DNA from: Saccostrea echinata | Taxonomy: Eukaryota | Assembly: GCF_033153115.1 (NCBI RefSeq) | Contig: NW_026889776.1 | Coordinates: 2,604,001 to 2,668,000, forward strand | DNA: 64,000 nucleotides | Reading direction: 5' to 3' | Shown here: positions 25,914-38,899 of the stretch, in pieces | Layout of the letters: each line of letters opens with the position of its first letter | How positions within the stretch are numbered: position 1 is the stretch's first letter | The notes under the pieces: generated by a model | Seen by the model: only the letters and a program-made list of their open reading frames with translations | What the model was told of the DNA's origin: nothing | Database searches by the model: none | Program-made: the position numbers and the translations under genes

Positions 25914-26994
25914 CTGCCGTCATGAGAAAAGGGCCCTTATCTTTTGACGTCACAATGCCCAGAAAACGACGTCAAAGTCGCGGTATTGTGCGTTTCATGA
26001 ACAAGAAATGAAATTGGATTTCCATGTGTTACAAGAAAAACATTAAAATCATACGAAATTTGATGCGGAAATTTTTAATGAATAATATAATTACACACTA
26101 GAACGTGTATTTATTAATTACTTTGTTTGAGTATTTAACTTGATATCACATAATTAAGCTAAACGCGACATTGAACTCATTTTTAATTACTACTCCGTCG
26201 ACAATTTATAGCGATGTGTTTCTCTGACAGGCCCGTAGGAAGCAATTTCACTTTGGGTAGGGTGGGGGGGGGGGCACAGCGATACATTTTCAGTGGAGGG
26301 GGCACTATCAACTACCAAACAAGCAAAAAAAAGGTCATCAGACGTTTTTATTGAGGGGGCACAAGCATACAGTATCTATGTTTTCTATAGTAATCTATAT
26401 ATCGGCAAAATTTATGGGGCACGGCCCCCGTACCCCCCCCCCCCCCCTCCGGTTCCTACGGCCATGTCTGATGCATCACTAAAGATACTGAATATTTGTT
26501 GTCGGAGCAATTAGCAAATGTTTAAATTTGACTAATATTCAGTACACTAAGTCTTTTTAAATGGTATTCTACAAACACGTATATATTTTTGTTCAGAGAG
26601 AGAGAGAGATCAATGCATATATACACTTCTTTATTCTAAAAAAAAATACCTTCATGTAAAATGAATTTAACCATTTTAACACATAGTTAATCATATCCAT
26701 ATGCGCAGTTAGACCAGCTCAGGGTGAAGCGTCAATATCCAAATGTGTGTTGGGGGGGGGGGGGCAGAGATCATTGAAAAGGGAAAAAAAAATCTGCGAA
26801 TAAAAAAGCAATCGGTAAAAATTCATTCTAAAAAGAGAACCTTTCTTTTTTATGCGATGGGGGGTATAGATACTGGTATCATGGGAGATTTTCGGACTTC
26901 CTACTACAACGAATGAGGGGGGGGGGGCAAACGGCCCCTATATAGATAATTCTTTGTTAAATTCACTGCAAGAGAATATGCAACGGAAGAGGGG

Positions 26995-27031
<37 letters not shown>

Positions 27032-30000
27032 CCTTTTACGGGCCTGTTAAGTCTTGCAAGATATTCGGTTTCAATTTCAAATAGATTTCATAAAAAATGT
27101 AATTCAACTGTATTTCATTTCGCTCAGAAAAGTCCGTTTAGTATTTATATATATAACAAAAGAGCCAAGAGCAGTACAACCATCTCTTTGATCAAACTAT
27201 ACAATATATACATAAACCATAATGATTTTTTTTTTTAGATTAACGGCCCTTTTAAGAAATGATGAACGATAATTAATGTGTTCAAGTGATACAACAGTAG
27301 TGTCTAGGACACAGGTGCCTCATAATAATTTTTAAAAAAAAAGGATCAAAGTACAGAAGCATTTATAACCTCTTTTGATTATGTGTGATTTGCTAAAAAG
27401 TAAGAAATTGGCAAAAAATTAAATTTTCATGTAAGGAATAAACTTTCATAAAACAATCCTTTGACATCATTATTTGCCTCTTTTTTATGTTTCTACATCA
27501 TATCTAAGACAGGTGAAAAATTGAATTGTATAAACAAAGGAAACTTAATTATTTAAACATTTTATTAAAGTGTTCAAAAAGGCAAAGAAAAATCCCCTTG
27601 AAGGTAGTGATCAGATTTTTTTTTATCAATTATGATTTTTTTTTAATGAAACTTTAAAAAAAAGTTTACACATCATGGCGTATCTGAATTTATTTCCCAT
27701 TTGAATTTTTCGGTGATACAGAAAATACATGAGGTGTTATTATCCCCTCGTAACAAAGTCATAGAGGATAAAGTAACGTGCGTGTTTGTGGATGAGTGAA
27801 TGCGTGCTTATATCCCAAAATATTTTTTTAGGTCGGGATCGATGTGCTACTTTTGCGAGGTGATTCTCCGCTTTAATTGCACGAGGAACCCTTCTGGGAC
27901 ATCTATATAGATCTTTTTATATTTTAATATTACAACTGCTTTATATCTTTTATAAATTGAAATAGAGTATTAATAATAAAAAGAATACCTTGTGTGGAAT
28001 TCACAAGTATTAATTTTTCGACTGAATAAAGAAAGGTTCCTAGATCCTGTCTAGACCCCCACCCCTCCCTTTACGAAATTACTAGATCGGCTCTAATATA
28101 GTATGAAAAAAAGTATGCGGCTCCCCTTATGAATAATTACATAATCTAGTTGCTTGGAAGAAAAAAAAATCAACTTTATATGTGTTAAAACGATTAAGGT
28201 TATTTTAAAAATGTAGTATTTTAAAGAATGCTTGTAAACTGAATTTGACACACGCGACGTCATTACATTTTCAGTGAGTAACGTCAACGTTGTTTTGAAA
28301 CGGCCTTACTAAAATGCTCATAAAATACTGAAAAGTGAGATATTCTTAAAAATTGTGTATATTTGCATTCAGAAAGAGTCAGGCTATCAAAATTTATCAG
28401 AAAGTCAATTTGTGAAATTTTGACCTTAAGGGCCCTTTTCTCAAGACGGCAGTCATATATTTTACCATGTAAAACTTTAATCTTCTACTGTGGCCCCACT
28501 CTATCCCCGGAGGCCATGTTTGAACGAACTTGAATGTACACTTACTGGGGATGCTTGCATATCATTTTGAATAATCATGGCCCTGCTGTTCTTCATCAGA
28601 AGATTTTTTAGATTTTTTTTTTCTGAATTTATTTTTTTCCATAAAGAGCTTTGATCTATTCTGGTTCCATTCTACCCCTGAAGGCCATGATTTGAACAAA
28701 TTTGAAACTACATTACCTGAAGATGCTTGCATATTAATATAACTAATCATTGTCCTGTTCTTCATCTTCAGAAGATTTTTAAAGATTTTTTTTCTCTGTT
28801 TTCCTATGTAAAGCTTTGATCTCCAATTGTAGCCCCACCCTACCCTGGAGGCCATGATTTAAAGAAACTTGAATCCTCACTACCTGAGGATACTTGTATA
28901 TAAATATGTCTAATCATGGACTTATTGTTCTTAAGAAAATTTTAAAAGATTTTTTTAATATCTTTTCCCTTGTTAAATCTTGCTCTCCTACTGTGTCCAA
29001 ACACTACCCCTGGGGTCCACAATTTTAACAAATTTAAATCTACACTATGTCAGGAAGCTTTCAGATAAATTTCTTCTTTTCTAGCCAAGTGGTTCTTGTG
29101 AAGATTTTATTAAAACACTGACCCTAGTTTTGCCTTTTCTTGATTTTGGACACAACTCTTTCATAAGGACACTCTTTGAATCCCATTTACCCAAGGATGC
29201 TTTGTGGCAATTTTGGTTAAAATTGGTTCAGTGATTCGATCTAGAGAAGAAGTCAAAAATGTAGAAAGTCAACAAACAAACAGACAGATGGATAATTGAC
29301 AAACTTTGATCAGAAAGGCTCACTTGAGTCTTTTGGTAAGGTGAGCTCAAAATGTTTTGAAGGACAATGAAAACATAAAAAATTTGTCTTGTGCATTATG
29401 CACTGTAGATACTTCCTTTTCTTCAATGACGATACATGTTTAACTGCAAGCATTCTCAAGGTTTAGTTGTTACATCACTTACCTATTTGTTTGGGGTATG
29501 GAAGGTTCAATTCCTTCATTATCCTCACAAACTCTTCTTTAGACTTGGTCAAACGAGGATTCATGGTTTTTTCCTCAGCCACTGTTGTGCTAGTTTGACC
29601 TATGTAGAAATATATCATTTTAGAAATCGAGAGAATTGTGGAAAATCTTTATAGAAATCGAGAGAATTGTGGAAAATCATTATAGAAATAGAGAGAATTG
29701 TGAGAAAATTGCACTCAAATGCTAGTTTTCCTTCTTCCATTACATTTGTTTGGATTTATTCATTTTCAAATTACTGGTCTGTAGCTGTATTCAGCAAACA
29801 CCACTTACGGGTATATAAGAATCACCCTATCTGACCACCAAAATGTGTCTGGCCATTACAAAGAAATATTGGAGATGTAATGGTTTGGGCCATGGATATC
29901 AGCCTGGGTAGCTCAGTTGGTAGAGCACCTGACTAGTGATGCAGTTGTCCCGGGTTCGATTCCCGATCCAGCCATACATTTTCTCCTTTCCTGTTACAGA

Positions 30001-33000
30001 TTTGGTGCCTTTGACCACCCCTGGACTTGCAGGTGAAAGTCCTGCCAGGGGCTAATAAGAACTTGGGTTGTGTCTTCGAGGGCGAAGACAATTTAAGGCT
30101 CGAGGGAGGGATGTAATGGTTTGGGGGTTACAATTTTAATTTGTGGGGGTCTTTTTTCATGGATAACCAGAATTTATTGGTTTGTGGGGAACTCCAATAT
30201 GCAGAACTCAGCAGATCATTCAAAGAATTGATACTTTTGCAAAGTTTGTTCGTGTGGATGTAAAATTTGTGGGTAAGGGTGACTCATGAAATCCACAAAT
30301 ATTGGTCCCTCATGAACAATGATGATTCCACAGTATCATTTTTTTCTGGATTATATCTTTGTTATTGAGACATTGGAAGTTCAAACTGACAAAGAGGTTG
30401 CTTGTGACATGAAAATGTTCTTGCTGGTCTAGCTGGAATGTTTTTGAAGACCTTTTCATTTATAGTATTATAATTAAAACAAAATTGTTTTCTTTAACCC
30501 ATAATGCCTTGTGAACATGACCAAGGGCTTCTTAAGGTAGTACACAACACCCATGAAATGTTTTAATGCATAACTTATAAAGTACACCAGAAAAAAAGAA
30601 TAATTTCACTATAATGTCAATAATGAAGGATCTTTGTAAGAAAAATAATAAGCTGTGACATGTTTCCACCATATTTTTTGAAGAAAATTAGAGACATCCT
30701 ATATATTGGTCATTCAGGAGCCTACATTTTGGATTGTGTTTGTGCCATCTACATGCCATATGACTGTCTGCTTTTAAATGCAAAATAACTTTTGATCCAT
30801 TTATACCAGAGACCTGATATTTTGACATATTTATAAGGAGTCTCCATTCTTTTTTTTTTACAATAAAGGTCAAGGTCATATTAAGAGGTCAAAGGTCAAA
30901 TATAGTGACATCATCTACTGAATCTTGACAGTTTGCAATAGATCAATTGGTTATTTTTAAATAATAAATAAATAATCTCAGGTCCACTGTCTGATTTCAT
31001 AATCTTTTTTCTGATAGACTATATTTCAGACTATTTTGGCAAAAAATTTCTGGTTGAATTCCTTTCATATTAAATATAAAAAGAGATTTTGTATCCTAGA
31101 ACAAAATATCAAAGTTTAAACAAAATTGAATTTGAGGAAAAATTTTTTCCTATCTATTGTGTACTACCTTAAGAAGATTGAAATGTAGCAACCTGGTTAT
31201 CATTTTGTGAGCTGTGTCTCTAGTTTTTATTTAGAATAGATTATAAAAAAATCCTCTGTAAACAACACACATAGATATCTCCAATTACGCGGCTATGTTA
31301 AGGCTGTCCGAAGGTTTATATGCATTAGAAATACACTATTATATTTTGAGCTAGATTTTTATTTCAGTTTGTAATCTATGTATACATGTGCAGTAAATTT
31401 GTGAAGAGAGTTTAATAACACATTGAGAAAAAGCATGTTTGTGATGTCACATGACTGTGTTGATCATGTGACGGACACTTTTAAATTTTCCTAATTGTTG
31501 CACAAAAATCCCATCAGCACAAGTGAAAAACAAATTATTGAGAACAGTTTGTTACATAAATCAATTAAACATATTCTTGGGAATATATATTATAGTGCTG
31601 GGGGGCAAGTATGAGTTTTACTTCTTAAGAAAATATTTCACGAGAAATTCAACTTACCCACATACAAGGGAGCATTTTCCACTCTTCATTGCAATTTATA
31701 CAAAATAGGATAAATTACATACAATCCCCCAGCAAAATTCAGTTAGAGGACATACTTCTCTAGTAGATTCACATAGAATATCTTCAGGTTATCTTTATTA
31801 ATCACTTGTGCCAGTCTAATATATGCATGATTTATAAATTCTAACTCTGTCTATGGACGTGTAAGGGGAGCGTTTCATATTTATTTATTGCTATTGTTTG
31901 AATACGTAGATTTATCAGAAAGAGAAAGGAATAACGATATTGTATTGCAAATAATCACCATCATAACAGCACATAGAAACTTTAACCAACAATTCAGAAA
32001 CTTGATTTAAACATCAACGTCGAAATAAAATCTACATGCCTTGGGAAGGAATGTAAAAGTTATGACACTTTCCCTGTCATGACTGCTCAAGTTTGCAGTG
32101 ACTTGACGTCATATTCTATTATGACGTCATATCTTGGTAGTTCAGAGAAGTAACAATGGCTGGTACACTGTGATATTTATCGGACAGCCTTATCCTAGCT
32201 GTGTAATTCAAAACAACAGTTAAAAATATCTGTCAGTTTTCATTGCTTTCATATACCTGTGTAGTCATGGGCAGGAAACAGAGTATAGTTTGGAGGAAGG
32301 GAGAAAATCTTCTCATGAACAGAGTTGTACAAAGTCTCCGAGCTTCCTGTATGAATAGCAAAAAGAAATAATCTGTACATGTATATCAAAACTCTATCGG
32401 TATATGAATAACCGTTTTTGTAGAGATTTTTTGGATGTACTGTTACCATATTAATTTGCTGTATATTTTACCTTCCTGGAAATCTGTTCTGCCACAACCT
32501 CTGACCAGTACAGCATCTCCAGTAAAAGCCATTGCTTTCTCATGCCATACATAGGTGACACACCCTGCAGGAAATCCATAACAAATACCCGGTATATATT
32601 ACAGTGTATATTCTTTATCATGTAGTTTCATTGGTGATGAAACCCCAAATCTCTCTGTTTGAAAATTGAATAGTAGGTATGGAAACATTAGACACCCACA
32701 CACATACACATAATTACTCTTAGAAAGGCTTTACAATACTAATGCATGTAGTTGCATACATTTGTAATTGCATACATTTGATTAATTACAGTCTATACAT
32801 CCTTAATATAAAATTAAAAAAAAAAAGAAAAACAAAAAAATTTAGTAAAATTTAAGCACTTTCATTTCAAGCGCTTTTACAATAAGAAACGTAGCAACAT
32901 AATGTCATGTCATAATAAGCAGAATATTAAACACAAGAGTCTATAGTGACCACATAGTTAAACAATGCAGGAAAACTGTAGAATGAAAATATTGATGTAC

Positions 33001-36000
33001 AAATGTGATAACGATTATGCTAAATTGTTAAGTTTAGGTTTGAAATTATGTATAAAATTTATATGTTTATACATATTTTCAAACCTTTCAGTGCTAAAGC
33101 TTTACTAAATATTTTCGTGTTTCTTTTTTAAAATTGTCTCTGTAATTTTACCAATCACTGTTGATTATATTTGTATTTCAGTATAAATGTATATTAGATT
33201 TCAGTTGGGGAATCCTACTCTAGAGTTAATTTTCAGGGGGGGGGGGGGGAAATCCTATTTAGTGTCAGGGGTGGGGTGGGGGTTTAGGAATGATATCATA
33301 TTCTACATGACTGGCACATTCATGTTCATACATCTCATATATCTGACAAACTTTGTTCAGAGAAGTTTACTCAACCTACTACTTCAGATAAAGTACCAGG
33401 TAAGTAGGGGATCTATTGAGAATACAGTAAAATAAGAGAAGTCACATGGACCCTTAATTCTGCTTCTTTTATAACCAAGATTCTTTATATCTATATAAGG
33501 AACATAGTGAAAAATCTTCTATGGGATTCGTATAAAGTTCCTTATAACCCAGATTACCTCATAAGAGAGTTCTCTATAACCAAGTTTTACTGTATGCATG
33601 TATTGATCAAATGCATTCACAAGGGTTTTCATGTGTAGTACCAGTTGCTAAACACTTAAAACAGTATGTTTTATACAAAATGTTGTTTTGTAATGAAATA
33701 TTAGCTTACCATTTGTATGACCTGGTGTACTTTTCACCTCTATCTCGTATTTACCGAAGGTCAACTTATCCCCTTCTTTAACCTTGACATCTGCTTCTGC
33801 CTTACTGGCTGCTGAGATGACACTCTTACATGTGGGGATCTGTTTCTTAATGAGTCCAGTACCAGTGATGTGATCAGCATGCACATGGGTGTTGACTGTA
33901 AATATATATACATATAGGCCAGTTAGGTGCACAGATTGTCAGTAACATACAGACTAACAAGGTGTACGTGTCCTTGTTTTATGTGATCTAGCCCACATAT
34001 TATAGATAAAAAATTTGTCTCAAAATCTATAACCCTGACCTTAATTTGATAATTTAAAACAGTTGACATGGCCATTTCGAATGATAAAGCAAATTGTAAA
34101 TAAAAGCTTACAGTTTCAAGTAGATCAATTTGATTTAAGTCGAACAGACCGGAGCATTGCCCTATATATAGATAAAAAGTCTAATCTATAAATAGATTCA
34201 GGTTAAAAACTAGTTCAGTTCTTGATCAAAATTCAGTAAATACTGTAGACCTTTGTTTAAATTTTGCTATCATTTATATTTTTAAAATTAGATTATCTAA
34301 GTTTATTATAAAGTCTCACACCTAGTCAATTTTCAACAAGATATGCTGCATATTATGAATTTAGTTAAGTTTGTCATAATAGACTTTCGCTGAATCTAAA
34401 AAAAAAAATTAGTATTAATCCATATACTTACATAACTTTTTTGATTTTAAATAATACTTTGGTTCAGGGAATAATTAAGGTTTATATAAGCACAACTTTA
34501 AGGAATAGATCTTTTCCAAGGAGTTTATAACCTAGTCATCCATCCCAAAAATTTTGGTCAAATACATGCAGCATCTAAAGAAAGTCAATGTTTTTGTGCA
34601 TCTTTTGATGCATCATTCGTGTCAGTTTGGTTAGGGCATATAGTTACTGGGAATGAAACCTGCAACAAAATTTTTAACCTGATCCACTGGCAGTTAAAGT
34701 TATTGTAAATTTAGAGTATATGCATCATTACAATTTTATGCATGCACATACTCTATATATAGTGATTTTACATTATATAAATATTGCATGTAGTTGAGTG
34801 TAACATTGAAAATTTTCACCCCAAGAAAACCATTGTCAACCGAGGTGCAGCCAAGGTTGACAATGGTTTTTGAGGGGTGAAAATTTTCAATGTTACACTC
34901 AACTACATGCAATATTTATTATATTATACTGAATGTTTTATACAAATACATATAATAGTGAACCATGCGCACATAAATTCTGCGCAGTCACTATTTTTTG
35001 GAATATCTCCCGTCGTCAAGCAATGTTGACTGTTGCTATGCTGGAGGGCATGGCTTCATCATTCAGCGGGTAATAGTGTTTTTTAACAAATGTTTCTCGA
35101 TGAATTAGATTCAACTAATATACATGAAAGTATAATATTAACTTTTAATGCCTGTCACCTGATCAGGAAATGGGTTCAGGTTGTGCATCAGAGGCATTCT
35201 GTTAGTAAAGCATCCCAGTGGCACCATCTCTGCAACTCTGGTAAAGGAAGGGCTTATGGTTTCCTGGCAATAGGGCCTTCTCCAAAACCTTTTTACTGGT
35301 TGATTTCAATAATTATGATCAGATGAAGCATTTGAATTAATTAGGGCCCCACATGAAAATGTGGTACATGTAGCTCTATAGGAATCAAAACCATCTGTCT
35401 ATCCATCCTTCCATCTAGCTGTCCATCTGTCTGTCAACAATTTTGTTCTGATGTCTTCACTCAAACAGTTTACAATGAACATTTTTAAAATTTTGGACAC
35501 ATGCAAGTACTTTACTAAAAGAGCAAGACACCTATAAATTTTGGAGTCATATCACTGTCTGTCTGTCTGTATGTGCTGTTTGAATTTATATCCATGACAC
35601 TTTTGTTGTAACAGAATAACTCAATCAGTTTTCAATAAAATGTTTTCAAATTTTGTACAGAAGTACTTTACAATAAGAGCAAGACAACTAGATTATCTGT
35701 CTGTCTCTCCATCCAGATGTCCATCTGTCCTTTAATACTTTCATTAAGGTGCAGTAAGTTGAACAGTTTTTAACAAACTTGTTTCAAATTTGTACATTAA
35801 TTAGCTTACTCTAAAAGCAAGACTTTGTAGATTTTAGGTCATATTACTTCATCTGTCTGTATGTATGTTTAAATGTATATATCCTTAATACTTTTGTTTT
35901 GACGTCATAACTTAGTTTTCAACGTAATGTTTTTAAAATTTTACACAGAAGAATTTACTGTAAGAGAAAGGCTGTTGTTATGAATTTGAGGTTCATATAA

Positions 36001-38392
36001 CTTTTTCCGGTATGTATATATGCCTGTATGTATATCTGCTGTGTACAGTTGTCACTTTAACAGCCCTCAGCGGGGTCCTCTCTACCTATGTCAATTTTTT
36101 AGTTCTGATAGTATATGCATCCAATGTTCACTATTCATGCAAATTAAGGACATACACAACGTAGTTTAAACTTTATTGTCTTTTTCCCTGGAGTTGAAGA
36201 GTTCCAATACTTAAAGGAACTGTGTGCTACATTTAATGTCTATATATGCTGTTGTAAACTTCTTCTAAAACAAGTTTTGATAAACAAAACATCTAGAATA
36301 TATGTTTAGTAATTTTTGTATATTTTTCTTTGAATTATACAAAAATTTTCATCAATTGATATCTTTTGAAAACCCCTGGTAATACATGCTGATTTTTTGT
36401 CTATGAACATCTGATGGCACTATAATCTTAAATTCAGATTATCTTGAAAAATTATCAGAAGGTAAGGTACGTTGCATATGTCCTTAAGTCTAGGTAGAGT
36501 TCACTGATTCGTGGGAAAGTATCTACTCAATAACTTCAACCAGGCCATTCATTTAGATATAGATTATATGCAGCATTACAGTCATGCTAGTAGTAAGCAT
36601 CCAAAATGGGCAAATTATCCATGCAAGTTTGGTCTAAGTATGCTTCTGGTTATTTATGAATGAATCTGCCCCAATAAAATTTTAACCTGGTCATTCCTTA
36701 TAAAGATATAAAAGTGAGATACCGCGAAAGCAGGCCCTGGCATACAAGTTTATTCATGTATTACACTACAAAAAAATACTTGGGAACTGGACATGGTTCC
36801 ACAACTTTAGTCCATGATGCTAACAATTATCCTGATGTCATACTAACATAACAAAAATGTACAGCTTTTCCCACCTTTGTGCAGTTAAATTGGGGTACAG
36901 TCAAACCTTGTTATCTCAAACTTGATGTGACCAAGAAAAAAAACTTTGCTATATCAGAAGGTTCGAGATATTGAGGGTAAAATACTTTGAAAAAAGTGCT
37001 TTGGACTTCAAAATCACTTGGACATATCCATGGTATGCGACCTATCAGCCTTAAAGATACAGAAGTTCAGCTGTAATTATTGGGAGTACAACAGTAACTA
37101 AGAAAATATTTATGAGGATTGAGGAACTGCCACACTTAAATCAGTGTGTCAATTTCATAAAAACAAAATAATCACCTGCATATTTGAGATTAAGTCCAAG
37201 ATCCTTGACTAACTTGGTATCTCTGGCTACAGTATCAATGACAGGATCAATCAGAATTGCTTCCTTTGTGTCAGGGTCAGCAAGGAGGTAGGTGTACGTG
37301 AAGGATTTATACTCCAGTAACTGCAATGAAATACATGTACAACCAAATATAGGGTTGAAATTAGGTTTTAGCCCTTATATAATGATTCAAAGTCTCATTT
37401 AACTTGTCATGTTATTGGTATTTAGTTCGTTGTTTAATATAGAATAAATCTTTCCAACAGTTTTTTCTATGTTTAGCGTCCGCGTGCGCCTTGGTTTTTG
37501 ACACCCCATATCAGAAAAAACAAGCAAAATCAGGAGTCCTGAAATTGTTTATTCTGGTCAAAATCACTGAATTCTGTGAATTAGTCTAAGTATTTGTCTA
37601 CAATAAGTCATATTTGGAATATTGTAAGCATTTAAAACCTTGATTTTGCTGAAGAATAGATATTTCTATAGAATAGATATAGAAAAATAGATTAATGGAA
37701 TCAAATCCTTTGGAAGACATCATTTTTATTACTATAAAGACTTGTGTTTTACTTTTTGGTTTGTTTTTTGCGAATAGGTAGGTAGGTATTTGAAAGATGG
37801 GTGGACACTAAACATAGAAAAAAATTGGAATGGCCTTACTGTAAACTGATCAACTTTCCGTTTATTTTTTCTCTTGCAATCTTGTTGACCTGAGTAATGA
37901 ACTCGTTTTTTGCCACAATTTTTCCATTTGGGTGATTCCCAGGTAAATTGCAAAGATTGCACACATAGGTTAACAGTATTCAGTGTTGGTAAACAGTTTT
38001 CAGGACATGTATATTTCCATATAAAATTGATAAAACTTTAAGTATACCTGAAATTTGTTTTACTATCATTTGATAAAAGATATTGCTTTGGGACATGAAA
38101 TAATAACAACCACCAGCTTAAATTTAAAAGGAAATTATGCATCATAATAACGTACTTGTCTGAAGACATAGTCTTTGTCTTTTCCAGAAAATCCCGACAT
38201 TTTCCTTGGAAACTGACGATGCAAGACTTTACTAAAGACGTAATTATTTGAAAGGAAAGGCAGTTCGGCACGCGAATTTTTGCAACTTGTATGCAGCTTC
38301 CTTGCCGCTGACAACGCCAAACATTTGTCGACGGAACAATATAGTCCACGAACGTTCAAACTACAAATTAATTTACTCCGACATGTTGCCAT
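25380..38392 (-). CDS. ETHE1: Mitochondrial persulfide dioxygenase ETHE1 (311 aa)
   Basis: Exons 38156-38392, 37176-37320, 33710-33895, 32472-32564, 32257-32346, 29483-29599, 25380-25447. Motifs [74 protein letters not shown]. Confidence 0.97.
25911..28455. mobile_element. 2.5-kb non-autonomous DNA transposon inserted at (TA)n
   Basis: 29-bp TIR TGACTGCCGTC(A/T)TGAGAAAAGGGCCCTTA with TA on both flanks. Confidence 0.85.
26228..26466. mobile_element. Small MITE with 5-bp TSD (hAT5-like)
   Basis: TCTGA|CAGGCCCGTAGGAA ... TTCCTACGGCCATG|TCTGA. Confidence 0.7.
29621..29710. repeat. Three copies of a 31-bp tandem repeat
   Basis: tagaaatcgagagaattgtggaaaatc units at 29621, 29652 and 29683. Confidence 0.9.
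29876..30132 (+). mobile_element. TRIM-like non-autonomous LTR element with a tRNA-derived LTR
   Basis: LTR TGTAA...TTACA at 29876-29998 contains a tRNA-like sequence (A box TAGCTCAGTTGG, B box GGTTCGATTCC). PBS TGGTGCC at 30003, PPT GAGGGAGGGA at 30102-30111, and a collapsed second LTR TGTAATGGTTTGGG..GTTACA at 30112-30132. Confidence 0.75.
30536..31168. mobile_element. Kolobok-like MITE
   Basis: TTAA|GGTAGTACACAA ... TTGTGTACTACC|TTAA. Confidence 0.8.
31283..32208. mobile_element. MITE with ~29-bp imperfect TIRs
   Basis: AATTACGCGGCTATGTTAAGGCTGTCCGA ... TCGGACAGCCTTATCCTAGCTGTGTAATT. Confidence 0.6.
34777..34919. repeat. Near-perfect 143-bp palindrome
   Basis: ataaatattgcatgtagttgagtgtaacattgaaaattttcacccc...accattgtcaacc followed by its reverse complement around a short loop. 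Confidence 0.9.
36148..36483. mobile_element. Kolobok-like MITE
   Basis: TTAA|GGACATACACAACGTA ... TACGTTGCATATGTCC|TTAA. A similar end appears at ~15432. Confidence 0.75.
36898..37073. mobile_element. pogo/Tigger-like MITE
   Basis: TA|CAGTCAAACC ... GTTCAGCTG|TA. Related fragments at ~47490-47597 and ~63800-63906. Confidence 0.5.
37452..37835. mobile_element. PIF/Harbinger MITE (inverted copy of 8229-8608)
   Basis: Reverse-complement match along its length; right TIR ...TTGGAATGGCC|TTA. Confidence 0.75.
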
Positions 38393-38575
38393 TCTATGTG
38401 AATAACCTTACACAAATCTTCCCAAATCCTTGATCTGGAAGGGGTCTTTTTGTTTACAAGTTTCTCAGTTTGCACATGCGCAAATGCTATAATATATCAG
38501 GTACAGAGGACACAAGTACTTAGGAAGGAGGCCTCCAAGTCACGTTCCGAAAGTAACTGTTCTTTTGTACGTAGG
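38393..38575. promoter_or_regulatory. Putative bidirectional promoter of ETHE1/ANAPC13
   Basis: NRF1-like TGCACATGCGCA at 38471-38482 and candidate plus-strand donors at 38500 and 38574. The ANAPC13 ATG follows an acceptor (ttctag|TGATG), implying an upstream UTR exon. Confidence 0.45.
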
Positions 38576-38899
38576 TAATATCTTAAAGATGACGAAATCA
38601 AAATAGGATAAGCATAAGAAAAGATAAAATCAATCTTTCAGGTTCATATTTAAAAAAAAAAGTGAAGACGTACTTTCACTTTCAATATTTAATTCACTTT
38701 AGTTTTGTTGACAATATAAGGGCCTAACGTTACATTTCGGCATACAGTCATAAACATTAATACCATAAAACTAATGAACACGATTAATACATGTATATAC
38801 AGAGAGACAAATGTGGGGTTAACAAAATAATGTAGAGTATATTCACATATTTCTAAGTGCATTCAAATTTGTGTATATTCATTGCTGACTTTCTTTTCT

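Larger units (their letters stand above)
25535..29352 (-). mobile_element. HINE/Helentron-type satellite-bearing element in ETHE1 intron 6, hosting nested insertions
   Basis: Same termini and ~166-bp units as 22176-23141, interrupted at (TA)n 25842-25910. Confidence 0.7.

Noticed and set aside
26293-27238. Proline-rich ORFs
   Set aside because: They arise from poly-C tracts inside MITEs.
29902-29974. Functional tRNA-Thr(AGT) gene
   Set aside because: Acceptor and anticodon stems are mismatched, and it sits inside an LTR followed by PBS and PPT.
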